Assembly: GCA_043228905.1 (NCBI GenBank)
Contig: JBHGNT010000012.1
Location: 6,324,001-6,388,000, forward strand
Origin: Azolla caroliniana
Lineage: Eukaryota; Plantae; Polypodiophyta
Reading direction: 5' to 3'
DNA length: 64,000 bases
Shown piece by piece: positions 33,395 through 47,790 of this stretch. Positions within the stretch are counted from its first letter, which is position 1, and every line of letters begins with the position of its first letter. A program made the translations under genes and the position numbers. The notes beneath the pieces were generated by a model that was not told the DNA's origin, searched no databases, and worked only from the letters and a program-made list of their open reading frames with translations.

Positions 33395-36180
33395 ATGGAT
33401 GTGGCCACATATATATTCATAAAATCTATATCCATATTTATCTGTTTCTATCGGCCTATATACATCTATCTAACTGTCTATCTATCTATCTATCATCTAT
33501 CCACACATGTTTTCTGTATCAAATCAATGAATGTGGCCATGCATGCATCATCCATCAAGAGTTTCTGTTATCTATCTTCTATATGCAATATTTATTTTAA
33601 CCCATAGCTCATGGGTAGTGGATCTATCTACTCTTAATCTACATTAAACAATTTTGATTAAAGCAAGAAATGTTCCAAAGTTTTGGATATAGTAGATACT
33701 TTTGGTTAAATCATTTTGGTGTGATTGTCCTAACTAAGTACCACCTGATAAAGGGAATTTGTGGAATCATGTGAATTTTGTCCTCTTTGAGACAATCTCT
33801 TTATTCTTTATGGATCGACTCTGTCTGATTTGCGGAAATACCCAGTGGAGAGAGAGAGTATATATTCAGCTTTTTATTTTGAGTAGAGGTCTTGAATCTT
33901 GATTGAGCATCTAGATTTTGTGTAGAAATTTCTTGTTTATGTGGAGAATTCACCTCACATTCATGTTTCCCATGAGCAAAATATATGCATTGCAGTAATG
34001 GAAACCTCTCCATCTCGACAATCCGTAAGGTAAAATGGCGAATGACATAAGGGAAACTACATTTGTGGTAGGTTTGTCAGTCAAATATGGCCAATAACCA
34101 ACCATTTCCTTGTTCAAATCATCTCATTAGTGAGCATTCCGACACTTCCAAGTGTCTTTTTTATGTTAATCCTTGAACTGTTTTTTGCAAGGGATGGAAG
34201 GGGAGGGGGTTCTTAATAATAATACATAGGGAAAAGTGGTTCTAACATGCATCAATTGTACCATTGTTAACAATTTGAAGGTTTAGTTTGTTTATTTCTA
34301 GGAAGTCAAGGCCTTGATAGCACATGAAGGTGAAGATTTTATGCAAAGTAATAACAAAGAAATGAATTTTAATAAGGAAAACAATACAAGGCAAATTAAA
34401 TCACAAACGTTTCCTTTCCAACGATCTTGTATTTGCCACAAATCTTTTTTTGATGCTAGACTACATGTCGGATCTCTTGATTCAATGACTTAATGCTAGA
34501 ATAGTAACATCAAAGATTGCACACCTAGAGATAATCCTACGAATGGGAAGACAATCTGTTTCTATAATCATGTTTGTGTTAATGAGGTAGTCCTACTCCA
34601 CTTGAGCATACAGATTGTTGTCTTTACTTTCCTTTAATTGTCATAGAAATTAAACACGTGCATTTGGAATTTGAGTGGAACCTCTAGGGACATGAGCCAA
34701 AAAATATGGGTTTATCGATGGCAATGTCGAGGGTGGATTGCAAATGATCATATTAGCCCTTGTGATTCGCTGCTAGACCATGGTAGTTTTCTTTTTCAAG
34801 AGACTTGGATGGAAATGAAACTAGTCTCAATGCATAGTCATTCCATTATAAAACATAGTACACCCCATCACACTTTTGTACCACGTTATAACTTTTTTAT
34901 TTATGTCCCCTTTTCCAATTTAAATCCCATTATTGGGCCTTTAAGTTACTTTTATTTTCATTTTCATTCTATTTTCGATGATTGGTACACGTTTTGTTAT
35001 TGTGATAAGTTGTCTCATGGACCTATTTTGGTCATCGAAGATGTTAATATATATTTCTTTCTCTCGCTGTCGACCCCCTCCTATACCCATTATGATTTTA
35101 GTGATTAGGGTTAAGCATTACTTAACCAAACCCTAATTGCTCCTCCTTTTGTATATATGTCTCGACTTGTCTATTTAATTGAGGTGTGGTTAATATTAAT
35201 ATATGTAATCACTTTCTTTCACCTACATGTGTATGTACTTAACTATTAAACCTTACAATGCAGTGTGCACTTGTTAACTTCTTAATTAGAGTTCTCTTGG
35301 TCAAGATGAGTGAGTGTTCCCTATATTCAAGGTAAATGAGATTAGCAACTTCAATGTGCTTGAAGACCACTCTCACCCGACTCGCCATCAATATGGTATA
35401 CAAGGTTTTGGACCCCTCAACGGACTATATCAATGTGGAGACAAAACTCTAGTAGTACAAATATGTGTGCTCTTTGGGAACATCCAAAGCTATGTAACTA
35501 AGTTTTTGGTGTTTCTATTTTCTTGTTCTTGCACATAGCCTTTAGTAGAAATGTTGACGTCAACGTATTTGTGAGGTTTTGCTACATAAAATCCCCCCTT
35601 CGCCTTCCACACCTTTGAATGCACTTTTTTGTGTGCACCACTTGACAAACCATCAAGTGCAGTGGAATTGAGGAATGTTGAGGGGTGGTGGAGTGAAGAA
35701 GAGGGTGATAATATCACAATTGGGTAGAGTCATGGTTTGTTGGTGGCGTGGAATGTTGAGGAGCCATGGAGATCCTTGCTCATATTCACGTGCTAGTCTT
35801 ATAATTAACATGAATAACACCCACATGGTCATTCACCGACTTGAGGACACCCACCAACATAGCTTGCAATGGTGGATGTTGGATGACACCAATTTGACTT
35901 GACTATGGGAAAGATTGGAAGAATGCGAAGTGAGAAAATTGAATATTCTTATGTGAAACGTAATGATGTTTGACATAGGTCATTCACCACATAGCTTGAT
36001 CAATCAAACAAAGGGAGAGATGAAGCTCAATCAACATGGCATTGTTAAACTCGATGGTTCATATGTCATTCACCCTAGAGCTTGATCAATATAGCAAGGG
36101 AGAGATAAAGCTCAATTAGCATGACATTGATAAACACGATGGTTGGTTTGACTATCCTAATGTTGTTTACACACACACAA

Positions 36181-36213
<33 letters not shown>

Positions 36214-37061
36214 GTTAACTTTCAAGTATATATGGTTTGGGACTTACTACGTTGTACATCGATTATTGATTAATACTTTGCGCATTATGTCCACCATTAA
36301 CAACATGCCCTGATACATTACCTCTCTCTGTGCTGCAACATTTGATGGCAAAGGGTGTTTTGCCGCAGAGAAGGAAGATAAGTGCATCATTAGAGTATCA
36401 TCCTCAAACGAATCTAATGATTCTTTCATTGGAATCACGAAAAGTTGCATATGTATTAATTTTCCATCCTCTACATTGAATAGGGTTCGAGTGTTCCCAT
36501 TCCCATGAACCATAAATGCCTAAATGTAAAATACGTAGACGTAAAAAACATTAGGGCAAGATGTGTGTTGTTGGGCGGATCTATGTCTCAGAGGGTGCTA
36601 GCAAATGAGTCAGAAACCAAGGCTCATTGTTGCCGATCCATGTCACGGTTCAACACATTTGACCAATCGTGGGCCCATCCATGCCGATGACGGAACGGAA
36701 CGCCGAAGAAGTTCTTCTTTCGATTAATGCTGTTCAGGAATCGACCGACCCAACGTAATGTGAGTGAGAGATGTTTGGATCCATTCTATACTCTTTTTTG
36801 TTGTTGTTGTTGTTGTGGTTGTGGTTTTGTCATTTATGATCACGAAATTGAAAGAGTCTTGGGACGACAAGACACAAGAGAGTTCCGAGGGTCCGGAGGA
36901 GGATCGGGCAATGGGGGCCTCTTCTTCTTCTTCCTTATATGTACTATGTACAACCTAATATGTAACCTATTCTTATTCTATTTCCATTCCATTCTAGTCT
37001 CTCTTTCCTGTTTTAGGCCTCAATGTTCTTCAACCAGAATAAGAAGAATCAAGAAAACAAA

Positions 37062-37112
<51 letters not shown>

Positions 37113-37799
37113 AGAGAGCGGGAAGTTAAGATTTTTTTCTTCATTTTTTTTTGGAGGTTTTTGAATTTTTGCTTTAGATTTCCCTTCTCCTTCTTCGTTT
37201 CTGCAGGAAAGTAATGAAAAGAAAAGAAAAGAAAAGAAGAAGACAAACAAAATACAATCCATAGACACCAACATACATACATTCTGCTCCTCCTTCTTCA
37301 TCACAGGAGATTTGATTTTAGGTTTCTGGGGGTTTCTTAGCTCTTTCTCCTCGTTCTCATCCTTCTTCATCACAGGAATTTAGTTTTTTTTTAGGTCTTA
37401 GGGTTTTTTTAGTTCCCTTGTCCTCGTCGGATTTTAAGTTTTAGGGGTTTTAACAGGAATTTAGTTTTTTTTAGGGTTTTTAAGTTTTAGGGCTTTTAAT
37501 TTCTTCTTCCCTGTGCTTAAATCACAGGAACCTTAATACTAGGGTTTTGGGTTTTTATTTCCTTCTTCTCCTGCTTCCTCTTCCTTTTCACAGGAAATTA
37601 CAGGGCTTTAATATTAGGGTTTTTTATTTTAGGTTTTGGGCTAAATCTTTTTTTTGGGAGGAATTCCATATCTTTCTCTTACAATGGAGCTTCTTCTCGG
37701 ACTTAGAGGAGAAAATATCTATTCTTTAAGATTGTTTCTTCATCTTTGTCTTCGTCTTATTATTCTACAGATTTGATAGAAAAAGAAGAAGAAGAAAAT

Positions 37800-40700
37800 A
37801 TGGAGAAAGAAGAAGAGAACAGGTTTCTGCTTCTTCTTCAGCCTAATCGAGATTTAGCAGCAAATTGGGCTGTAGATGTCGGAAGAGAATTAGAAATCTA
37901 TCTAGAAGGTCTGGCTTTATCTTCTCAACCACATCATGAAGGTTGTCTGGATGCATCCTTCAACTTTGCTCAAGGTAATTCCTTATATTGCTCTGTCCTG
38001 CCTCGCTTCTGCTTGTTCTGTACTGGTAAAATGTTTTCTTTTTTAAAAGAAATGACCTTCTCTAGGAGTTTTTTTCATGGTTTTCTCCAATGTTATCGGT
38101 CCTTTCCTCAGAAGGGGATTTTTATGCTGAGAACGATTGTGGGCCATCTTAATATTCTCTTATCTTAATGATTTTCTGGCCATATCTGGGTTTGAAATGC
38201 CAAGCATGCTTATGTCTCACCTTATTCTTAGTACAGAAATATTTCTTAATCCTAAGAAATGACGATGGTTCACCTTAAATTGGTACAGACGGGGTTTTAA
38301 ATAACTAATGTGATGACGGATCATCTTAATCCTCTTTAATTTAGTCCTTCAAGTTTTTTTTTTCTGCTACATCTAATGGTGGGCCATCTTTATCTTCTGT
38401 AATCTCAGTGCACACAAGAGTTTTTATGCTAAATATGGCTCTAGATCCCCTTTATCTTCCCTAAAGACGATGCTGGATGAACTTATTCTTCCCTAATCTT
38501 AGCACAGTCTTGATGCATCTCAATCTTCCCTAATTGCATAGTTTCTCTTCCCAGAAATTATGATGATAAAAATATTCTGGTTTTCATAGCAAAGTTATGG
38601 AGACTCACCTTATAATGATGATGGGGGTCACCTTAATTGAAAATGATGATGGGTCTCTGTACCCTTAACTAATTTCAGAGGGTTTCTTTGCATATGGGGA
38701 TTTTGAGGCCAAAAATGACGATGGGTAACCTTAACTGTCCCCTAATATGAACAATTCTTTGTCCGAATGGGGATTTGATGCAGGAATTGATAATAGATCA
38801 CCCTAATCTTAACAAGAAATAGGATTTTGATTCGCTTAACTTAGAATATGCTAAAATGATGTTGAGTCATCTTCTCATACCTAGAAGTGACGACAAGTTA
38901 ACTTAATCTTCCCTAATCTCAGTGCTTCTCTTGGGAGAAGGGATTTTGATACTCCTATCACTAAAATAAGGTGTTTGATGCTAGAAAACATGATTTCTCA
39001 CCTTGAAATTTCCTAATCTAAGGAATCCTTCTCCAAACTTCATAAAATGAGTTTTTGATACTAAAAATGATGCATTGTCTCCTTAATCTTCCCCAGTTCA
39101 GTCTAAGACATCAGTAACCTGGTGTTACTGCTAAACATAACTATTGGGTCACCTTTGGGCTTCAAGATTTCAGAGGTTTGTTTCCTTGTCATCAAGATTT
39201 GGGCTTCAATTTTGGAAAACACAGAGAGTTGCCTTAATTTTCTCTGAATGTGGTGTTTCCTTCCCCACACATCAATTTGATTATAAACTAACCATGGATC
39301 ACCTTAATCTTCCCTAATCTCACTGTTCCTTAAACATCAATACAACGGAGAGTTCAATCCTAAAAATGATTATATGCTACATTAATCAGTCCAAATCTAA
39401 TTATATGATTATTATAATTTAGTTTGGGATATTTCTTTTAGAGAATTACTCTTTTCTTGCTTCTTAGTCAATTTTTTGGGAATAACACATACGAATCGAT
39501 TGCAGCGGCTCTCTTGATACAGGGTTCAATTCAAATTTACAGTCGGAAAGTAGAATACCTTTATGCTCTTGTGCTGCAGGCGTTGGACTTCATTGCTCAC
39601 AAGAAGTTAGACTCTCCGCCTTTTCATCTCATGATAAATATTTGGACATGTTGTCTTTTGAATACTATATATATGTATGTACTTACTTGCTATTAACTTA
39701 TGTAGAGAAGCACACCAAAGTAATAGTTCTATTCAAGATAATGGAAAAGATACAGATATTGTCGAAGACTTGGAAGAAGAATTCTTAAACCTCGATGATG
39801 TTCCCGGTGAGACAAAGTGCAAAGATGAAATTATCCAAAACAAGCTTAGCTAAGATTCTGGCCAAATCATCACATATTTGGTTTATCTTTTTCCAGAGGA
39901 AGCAAACATTGATCTTGTTGAGGCAGATTGTGGATCATCGTGCATTTCTTCAGCTGTTAAGAGGCCTGCATGCTTGCTTATTGTTGAGGGAGAGAATCTT
40001 GACCTTTCTGGAGATATTGGAGAATTGGCATCATACCAGGTATTTTAGACAAAAGTATCTTTACCTTTGAACTTATGAAATATTCTAGATTTGAATTGTT
40101 TTATTAGATCATGTAAGGTTTTTCTGGCAATGGAGTTTACCAAAGATTTTGGTTGTGAATGATGTGATAGCATCATGCGAAAATCTTTTGCTCATGGAGT
40201 TTATCAAAGATTTTGATAGTGAATAACTTCATGCAACGGTCAATTGCCAATGGATTTTTCCAAGACTTTGGTTGTGAATAATTTTGTAGTATCAATTAAA
40301 GACCTATTGGCAAAATAGAGCGTACCAAATATTTTAGCTGTGCAAATTTTCAAAGTATCATGTAAAGATCTTTTGGCTTTGCAGTCTACCAAGAGTTTGT
40401 CTGTGAATAATTTTATTATGTGATGGTTATTATACCTTCTTTTTGGTATGGGTTGGGTGCAGATCTCCACAAGCAGTCTTCACAGAGATTTCCTACTCCT
40501 TGACCCTTGTGATGCTAAGTATGTTGATGAATATTGGAAAACTAACGAGAATCTGAAGACAAGAAGGAATACTCCATCCAATCCTCCTAATTCAGCAAAC
40601 TGCAAAACTCCTAGAAGTGGTACACGTACACCCAGCCGTAAATATACTCCACATCATGATAACGGTGTTCCTGGAAGCTCTCAAGGACATCAGAGTATCA

Positions 40701-43501
40701 CAAAAAGTCCCAGACTCAATATGGGCTCTTTTGATAATGATATGGATGATTGGCATGATGATAATGGAGGGGAGGTGTGTGAATTTGAAGTAATTGAAGG
40801 TTGCAAAGATGGTGCTGAGGCTATCTTTCAACAAAAGACCGACAACAAAAGTGTGCATAATCAATCTGATGTCCAGGAAGATGATTTTTTGGACCCTTGG
40901 GCACCTTTGAATCCACATGAACCCGGAACACTTCCGGTGGTTCCTTATCGAAAAGGTAAAGCATATGGTTTTATATAAACTTAAGAGTTTTAGACTTTAT
41001 ATGCCCTGTTGTTTTTTGCTTAAATCATCTTTATTTGTATGATAGGACGGTCTAAGAAGAGGAGGGCAAAGCCAAAATGGGAAACAGTATCAGAACCAAA
41101 TGACTCCCAAATGGGGAAGGTTTGGCAGGCCTTAGAATGTTTGGAGAGGGAGGTTTGGCGTTCTAAGCAGTTAGAAGAACCTCCTCCTTATGAAAAGGCA
41201 TGCTTACTCTTTTATTTTCTTATGTTATCTGTCAATTTTGATGTCCTTTATTTGTTGTATGTGAAGTTGTTGTGGTGCTATGCAACTTTAAAATCACAAG
41301 ATACATTACGACACTGCACAACTTATTTGTTCTCATACCCCACATTTCTATTTGAATTTTTAGCTGCGGAGCTCGTTCATTAGTAAGGGATCACCATTGG
41401 CTGGCAATGGCTGGAATTCTGACAGAATTAGTGATAGTGAAGATTCTGATGATGGTGGACTTGCTGGTGATGATGCACCAGATCATTGTTATGAGCCAGA
41501 TTTTGTAGACGATCCCATATCATCACAAGAGCTTAGTCAGGTAGGTGATAGGTTTGAATCTTGATTCTTTTGGTGCTAATAATTCTTCTTAGACCGAGAT
41601 AAGTCATGAATGATAAAAATGATAACAAACTATCTAGTTTGTGCATTTTTAAGCAGCAACACAACTATAACATAGACCAAGTCATGCTCAACATACCAGA
41701 GACAACCATAAGTGAAGAACCATGCTTGGAGGCTCTCTGCCAGGCACAATTGGTAAAATTAAACTACATTTGTCTGTTTGGATGCTTGCTTTTAAAAATA
41801 CTTTTTGAATATGCTCTGTTTTTGAATCCTAGTTTGAAGAAGTATATAGAAAAGTTGTTTGGGCATCAAATTGTTTAGGATTGACTGTAGATAGAAGGAT
41901 ATCTACCATGTTGCTATTAATGCTTATGTTGAATATGATCTGTTTTCTGAAATCTAGTTTGAAAAGTTACATAAAAAGGATGTTTGGGTTTCTATTCTTT
42001 TAGATTGATCATATAAATGGAGCTATAAGGGCATTAACCATGTTGCTATTTAAGCTAATATTGAATATGCTCTGGTTTTAAAATCCTATTTTGAAAAGCT
42101 ACATTATGGTTTTTGGGTATCTATTACTTTAGATTGACCATATTGCAGAAACAAAACCAAAAACATTACAGTGCTACAATACAGAAGTGCAAATATTATA
42201 AGGCATTATCGATGATCATTTTTTTATGGGCAGGATACGATCTTAAAAAAGCAGTCACAGGCTGAACATCGATCTGAAATGGCAAACAGAGTAACAAGTT
42301 GGAAGCAGAAAATCGAGAGAAACCTGGCAAAACAGGTTGGTCTTGGCATAAACCAGAAATACGTAGGCCTGTGTTTGTGTAAAAAAACAAAAAATTCTAA
42401 AACATAATCAGGCCAAAGACTCCCTTTGATGGTTGGGTTTTTATATACAGAGTTTGTGAGACCTCAAACAAATATTATGACATCTTTCAGAGGATTAGAA
42501 TTATCTTTCAGAGCATTAGAATTTAGCTTATTTTGTGGTATTTCAAAAACATTCGAATGTAGAAAATAGACGAAAATTTCCAAAACCTTGAAAATTTACG
42601 TTTATTTTCTAGTTAATATTTATGAAAGTTAATTATAATGTTTCTTTATTCCGCAGGATTCTCAGCCTCCTTTTGACATACATGTCTATGGTGAGAGAGT
42701 TCTTGATAAACTGTTGTCATGTCAGGGTACTGGTACTGATTCAAGTGGTGTAGAAGCCTCATTTACACATATTGTACGAGGGCTTGAAAAACATGAAGTT
42801 GCCAGGACATTTGCTGCACTTTTGCAACTGGTAAATACACTATCCACTAACAGTTTTTTGATTTATTTTCCATCTAGTTTGTGGTGAACTCCCGACCTAT
42901 GATTTACAAACGAAAAGTTGAGATCATTTGGACAACCTTTTACATGATTGTGATTGTAGAACATAAATGCATTATTGGGTTGTATTCTTTCTTGTTTTCC
43001 TTATAGGTGAATAATGGCAATGTCTCCCTGGAGACTCAGAATGGGCTGGGCTCATTCGAGTGTTTTACAGCAGAAAGGCCATTTTCCGTGAAGTTGCTTA
43101 GCTATCGGAAAAGACACGAGGAAATGCTACACTATAGGGCACCTTCCAGTAGAGATGCCTTCAAAGGGTCCTCAAAAAAGAAAGGCAAAGGTGACATCCG
43201 AGTTCTAGAAAGTAATGTGTATGATGAAGAAGTCCGAGGTGAGAATCAGTATGAGAATAGCTTTCAAGGGTTACAAATCTCGTCGGGTAAGAAAGGCAAG
43301 CTAGCCATTGCATCAGACAATATGAGGCCTCTGGATGCTCCTAAACTGAACAAATGCTTAACTAGCCCGAGATCGACCACCGTGGATGGCAAGTCACAAA
43401 AGCAAAAGCAAAAAGAAAAGCAAAAGCAAAAAGAAAAGCAAATGGGAAAGCAAAGTCAAAGGCAATCCCTCACACCCATTCAAGTAGGCTTGGTTAGTTG
43501 A
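37800..43501 (+). CDS. CAP-H2: Condensin II kleisin subunit CAP-H2 (NCAPH2/HEB2 homologue), multi-exon
   Basis: [102 protein letters not shown]. Confidence 0.93.
38250..39400. repeat. Degenerate tandem repeat filling CAP-H2 coding intron 1
   Basis: Recurrent 'aaatgaYgatgg..tcaccttaatcttccctaatct' motif across more than 1 kb. Confidence 0.55.
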
Positions 43502-43959
43502 ACCATATGTATGAAGAAGTCTTGTAGAACTTGGGAGAAAGAGGTATATATGCTACAAGATTTAAGAGTTCCATTTTATGTAATTCTTGCCTAGTTTGTA
43601 TTAATGTGTACCATTGGCTAGACTAGCCTCTAATTCTTCTTGTCCAGTTGTTTAACCACTATAGTTAAAAACTCTCATCGGAAAACAAAACTCTTTTAAC
43701 ATCAGAATAGAGGAGTTATGTTTGAAACCATGTTTCATCGCCATGGTATGTGAAGAAGGTCACTTAAGAGGGGCATGGAAATTACTCTGAATTTTCAGCA
43801 TTGGTTGAAAAAGAGGTCCATGTGACTCCACCCTCTGGCAGAATTTACTGATTGCTTCAAATGATATCATCTTTTGTCCACTTTTGAGCATCTCTTTCCT
43901 TTCTACCATTTGTGTTTTGAAAGTGCTATCTATGCTAGTGTATTCAAATTTCCGTAAAA

Positions 43960-44750
43960 AGTGTTTTGAGAATGCCATATAATTGTAATGCATTCAGAAG
44001 GGTGAAGCTTTGAAATTGCTATATTATTCTCTAAGTGATAGGAGAAACGAAGTTCCACATAAGGTTTCTAAATTATTCTATAATATATATGCTGCAAAAT
44101 AGATACAAAACCTATGGTTTATTATCAATTAATTCAACAATTGTTTTGTTGGACTAATTTGGTGATTCTATTCCCAAATAGAGAAGACTAGAACGAGAGA
44201 CGGTGGTCAAGAGATGAAGATGTTAAACATCATAATATAAATGCCCCCATTTGACACACAAGATTGATGAAGTATATAGAAGGGAAAAATGATGAAAGAG
44301 TCATGGGTCCATACCTATGGAAATGATATTGTAGCTTTTGGGTGTAGTTTAGTGAGCTAATGCCTTCTTGGCTTGAGTTCAAGGTTGTGATGTAGGATTG
44401 GATTGATGATTACCCAATTGTTGCATAGATGTGTAAGAGTGGTTGTGAATAATTCTTAAGATAGTAATGATTGTGTTAAACATTTGGATGAACTCTTCTT
44501 CTCTCGCAACCCCAAGCTTTCATGAAGAAAATGGTGCAAATTACGCTTATGACTATACACATGTGCGTTAATTGACGAAATACATAGAAATATAAAGAGA
44601 TGGTACCAACACTTCCAATTAATCCAAGTATCTTGCTTACACAATGTATCTTTGTTGATTGTCTTTTAAATGATTAGAGTTCACATATGGTAAGCAAATG
44701 CTTGACCAAGCAAGAAATTTCTAACTATATTTATAACAAACAATCACATA
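43960..44750 (+). pseudogene. Possible heavily degraded PPR fragment
   Basis: Broken reads such as CIQKGEALKLL and PINPSILL..C..YGKQMLDQA resemble PLS/E motifs; very decayed. Confidence 0.3.
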
Positions 44751-45355
44751 GGCCCCGCTACTTAACAAACTCACCATTTCCTCAAACAATCAAGCCCAAG
44801 GCTCAAACTCGTTTTACCAAGAAGGCACTTGTCCGAGTTATGATCGAGATTGTCTAGTTCCAAATTACCCTGAGAAGCTAAAAAGATGGGCATGAACTTA
44901 CTATTGGTCATGTATTAGCAAAGATAACAGTAAAAGTAGTTGATTGTGATGAAGGGTTGGACAAACTACTAAGAAAAGAAAAAGGAAACAAAAGAAATCA
45001 TGCGGAAAAAACGGCTCACAATTGCCCAACCCTCAAGCTTAAAATTAAGAAACTACAAGACATTTAAAAAACTTTGGGTTCAAATCAACTAGAAGAATGG
45101 ACTTTCCACCAAAAAGTTGTGTGCTCTCCAAGGGACACTTTAGGTTACAAAGCAACCACCTCTTAAGGATGATATACCACAACCAAACATCATAGCGGCT
45201 TAGGGAAAGATGAAAATGAGGGTAATGTACCCCTCCTTCAACAATTATTGAACTATATAGAATGGCCAAAAACTCAAATTTGGAATGCAAAGGCCGGACC
45301 CTTTCTTAGACAAGCATGTTGAACTTATAATTGATGAGATTTTGAAGTTGAATAT

Positions 45356-47480
45356 TGTGAAAATGTTTTTAGAATTTAAGCAATTGAACACTAGAAGAAT
45401 ATAAGGTATGGGTCATTCACATTTGGAGGGCAAGAACACGAACCAAGATTTTGAGGAGAAGTCAAACTAAAAGTAGGAGACGTGGAGAAAAGTAAAAAGA
45501 AGAAAAAGCGGGCCACCAGAAAATAGTCTGAAACGAACACTCATAACTCTTTCGTTTGAAACCCAAATACCAGGTTCAAATATGGGTTGGAAAGCTCGTG
45601 AAGTGAGCTACGTTTAGAATTTTACATCTCTAATTTTGGACTTTGGTGAGAGAGATATGATGATGAGAAGGTCATTGTGTCATAACTAAAAATAGGAGAT
45701 GAAAACTTCTAAAAGGAGCGTGAAAAAGAAAGGAGGGGGAGGAAATTATCTGGTAGGGGATACCTTTGTAATAAGGGCAAGGAAGGAAGGTTGTGTGTTG
45801 GGGGTTTTGGTCTCTTTGTTTTGTTTTTTCTTTTCTTTTCGTTCGTGTAGTATGGTTGATCTTTGGAGGTTTGGAATTTTATATCTTCTTTCTATCAACT
45901 TCATTTTGTTTTGGCGCACTAGGGAGGGCCAATCTTTTCCGTATCTTGGGAATGTTTATTGTATCGCAATATTGTGTGGATATGGCTTTTCAATTTGCCT
46001 TTATAGGTGATGGTGTTGAGGATGTAGGAGCTTTTTTGGCAACCTTCGAGCATCACGTGGTTTCGATTGGGAAGGTGAATGACATAGAGAAACTTCCCTT
46101 GTTGGTGGCAACTTTCTACTCAAGAGCTCGGGAGTGGTATGAGTCACTACCTCCCAACCAACAAACCAACTACGAATTGCTCATTCAACAATTTTGAAGC
46201 AAGTACATTTGATGGCGTAATGCGATGGAGGTGTGAGAGGAACTCTTCACATTGCGTATGTCAACATCAATGGAGTATTCTGGTATGAAAGGGTGTTCAA
46301 AGAGCTTTGGTCAACATGGATCCGTTTACGAGGAGGTGTAGAGAATGAGTGGTTCAAGATGGATCGCGTCAAAGCGGGCTTGAATCCTTACTTTACAATG
46401 GAGGCAAATTTGATGGACCCAACCAATTTTCAAACTCTTCTACAATTGTGTCAAATTTATGATAGACAACTAAAGGTGATGCGGATGGGAGTTGATGCAC
46501 AGTGGCGATAGCTGGTGTGAATGTGGTGCCGACTCTAAATGCCCCACATCTATCCTCTATTGTACATGGAGGACATGTTTTTCCGAACATATTTAATTAT
46601 ACTATAACTAACCAAGCTAGTATACCAATGATGCAAGATGCAGACCATCCAAGACCATCCAAGAACTAATGGCAGTTTCCCTAAGCAACTAAACCGATGA
46701 CTTTACGAGCTGACGACTCAATCCCGCCAAATGCAAGCTAGTTTCAACACCAACCAAGTTCGAGAGATGCCACAAGAAAAACAAGTCTCGGTTTGTTATT
46801 CTTGTGGTGTTGAAGGTCATATTACTACGCGGTGTCCTTTGAGACGATAAGGAGGTGTAGGACGAGGTATCTATCAAGGAGGTTTAAATTCCCATAACAA
46901 CCATGCAAACAATAATAATCAAGCTTCTAGGGATGGAGAACCGTTGCCAATGGCTCAAGTTCCAACAATACATTCCAATGTAAATGTTCTTGATTTTATG
47001 ACATATGATATTGGCAATGATCGTGGTGTTGTTCCCATCAAGAGAACTCAAGCAACCCATAAGGGCAAAGAGGTGGAAGGGGAGTCAAGTAACCCTCAAA
47101 TAAAGAAAAAAACGAAGGAGTCCAAGATGGAGAATCCTTCAAAAAAGCATCATTCAAGGAGAAAGATCAATATGGAGGACATGCCCATGGGGAAAGGAGT
47201 GTACCTCCCAATGTAAATCTTCTTAGTTTTATGTATGATATTGACGATGATCGTGGTGTTGTTCTAATCAAGAGAACTTGAGCTACCCATAAGTGCAAAG
47301 AGGTGGAAGGGGAATCAAGTAACCCTCAAATAAAGAAAAAGCTAAGGAGTCTATTAAGGAGTCTAAGATGGAGAATCCTTCAAAAAATCGTCATTCAAGG
47401 AGAAAGATCAATATGGAGGACATGCCCATGGAGAAAGGAGTGGAGCCTTTCAACCTCAAGTAAGAGTTGATTACTATTGG
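45356..47480 (+). mobile_element. 5' remnant of a Ty3/gypsy: LTR (45356-about 45903), PBS-like TGGCGC, decayed gag with a duplication of about 240 bp
   Basis: LTR homologous to solo LTR 1587-2229; retrotransposon gag motif FLATFE...RAREWYESLP; CYSCGVEGH knuckle remnant near 46795; 46975-47200 repeated at 47208-47440. Confidence 0.75.
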
Positions 47481-47747
47481 ACCCTAAACCCTACTAATTT
47501 GATGAATCTAAAAAGCATAAAAACTAAAAATTAATCAAAGATTTGGGATTAAAAAGTTGATGATCATTTTTGCTAATTAAAAGTCACATTAATGAAATTT
47601 GTTTTCCCAAAACAACTGTAGATACACACAACACAACCTCTCACTATTATGTATGTCTCCATGTCTCCCTCCTTGTCTAATCGTGTTTATTTGAGGTTGT
47701 CAGTGCATATGTTGAGTTAGAGGTGTACAAAAATATCTTGACTAAAA

Positions 47748-47790
<43 letters not shown>

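Noticed and set aside
35102-36513. LTR-like segment (35102-35432) and an 88-aa protein-like ORF (36247-36513)
   Set aside because: No TSD, PBS or recognisable domain; would need a homology search.
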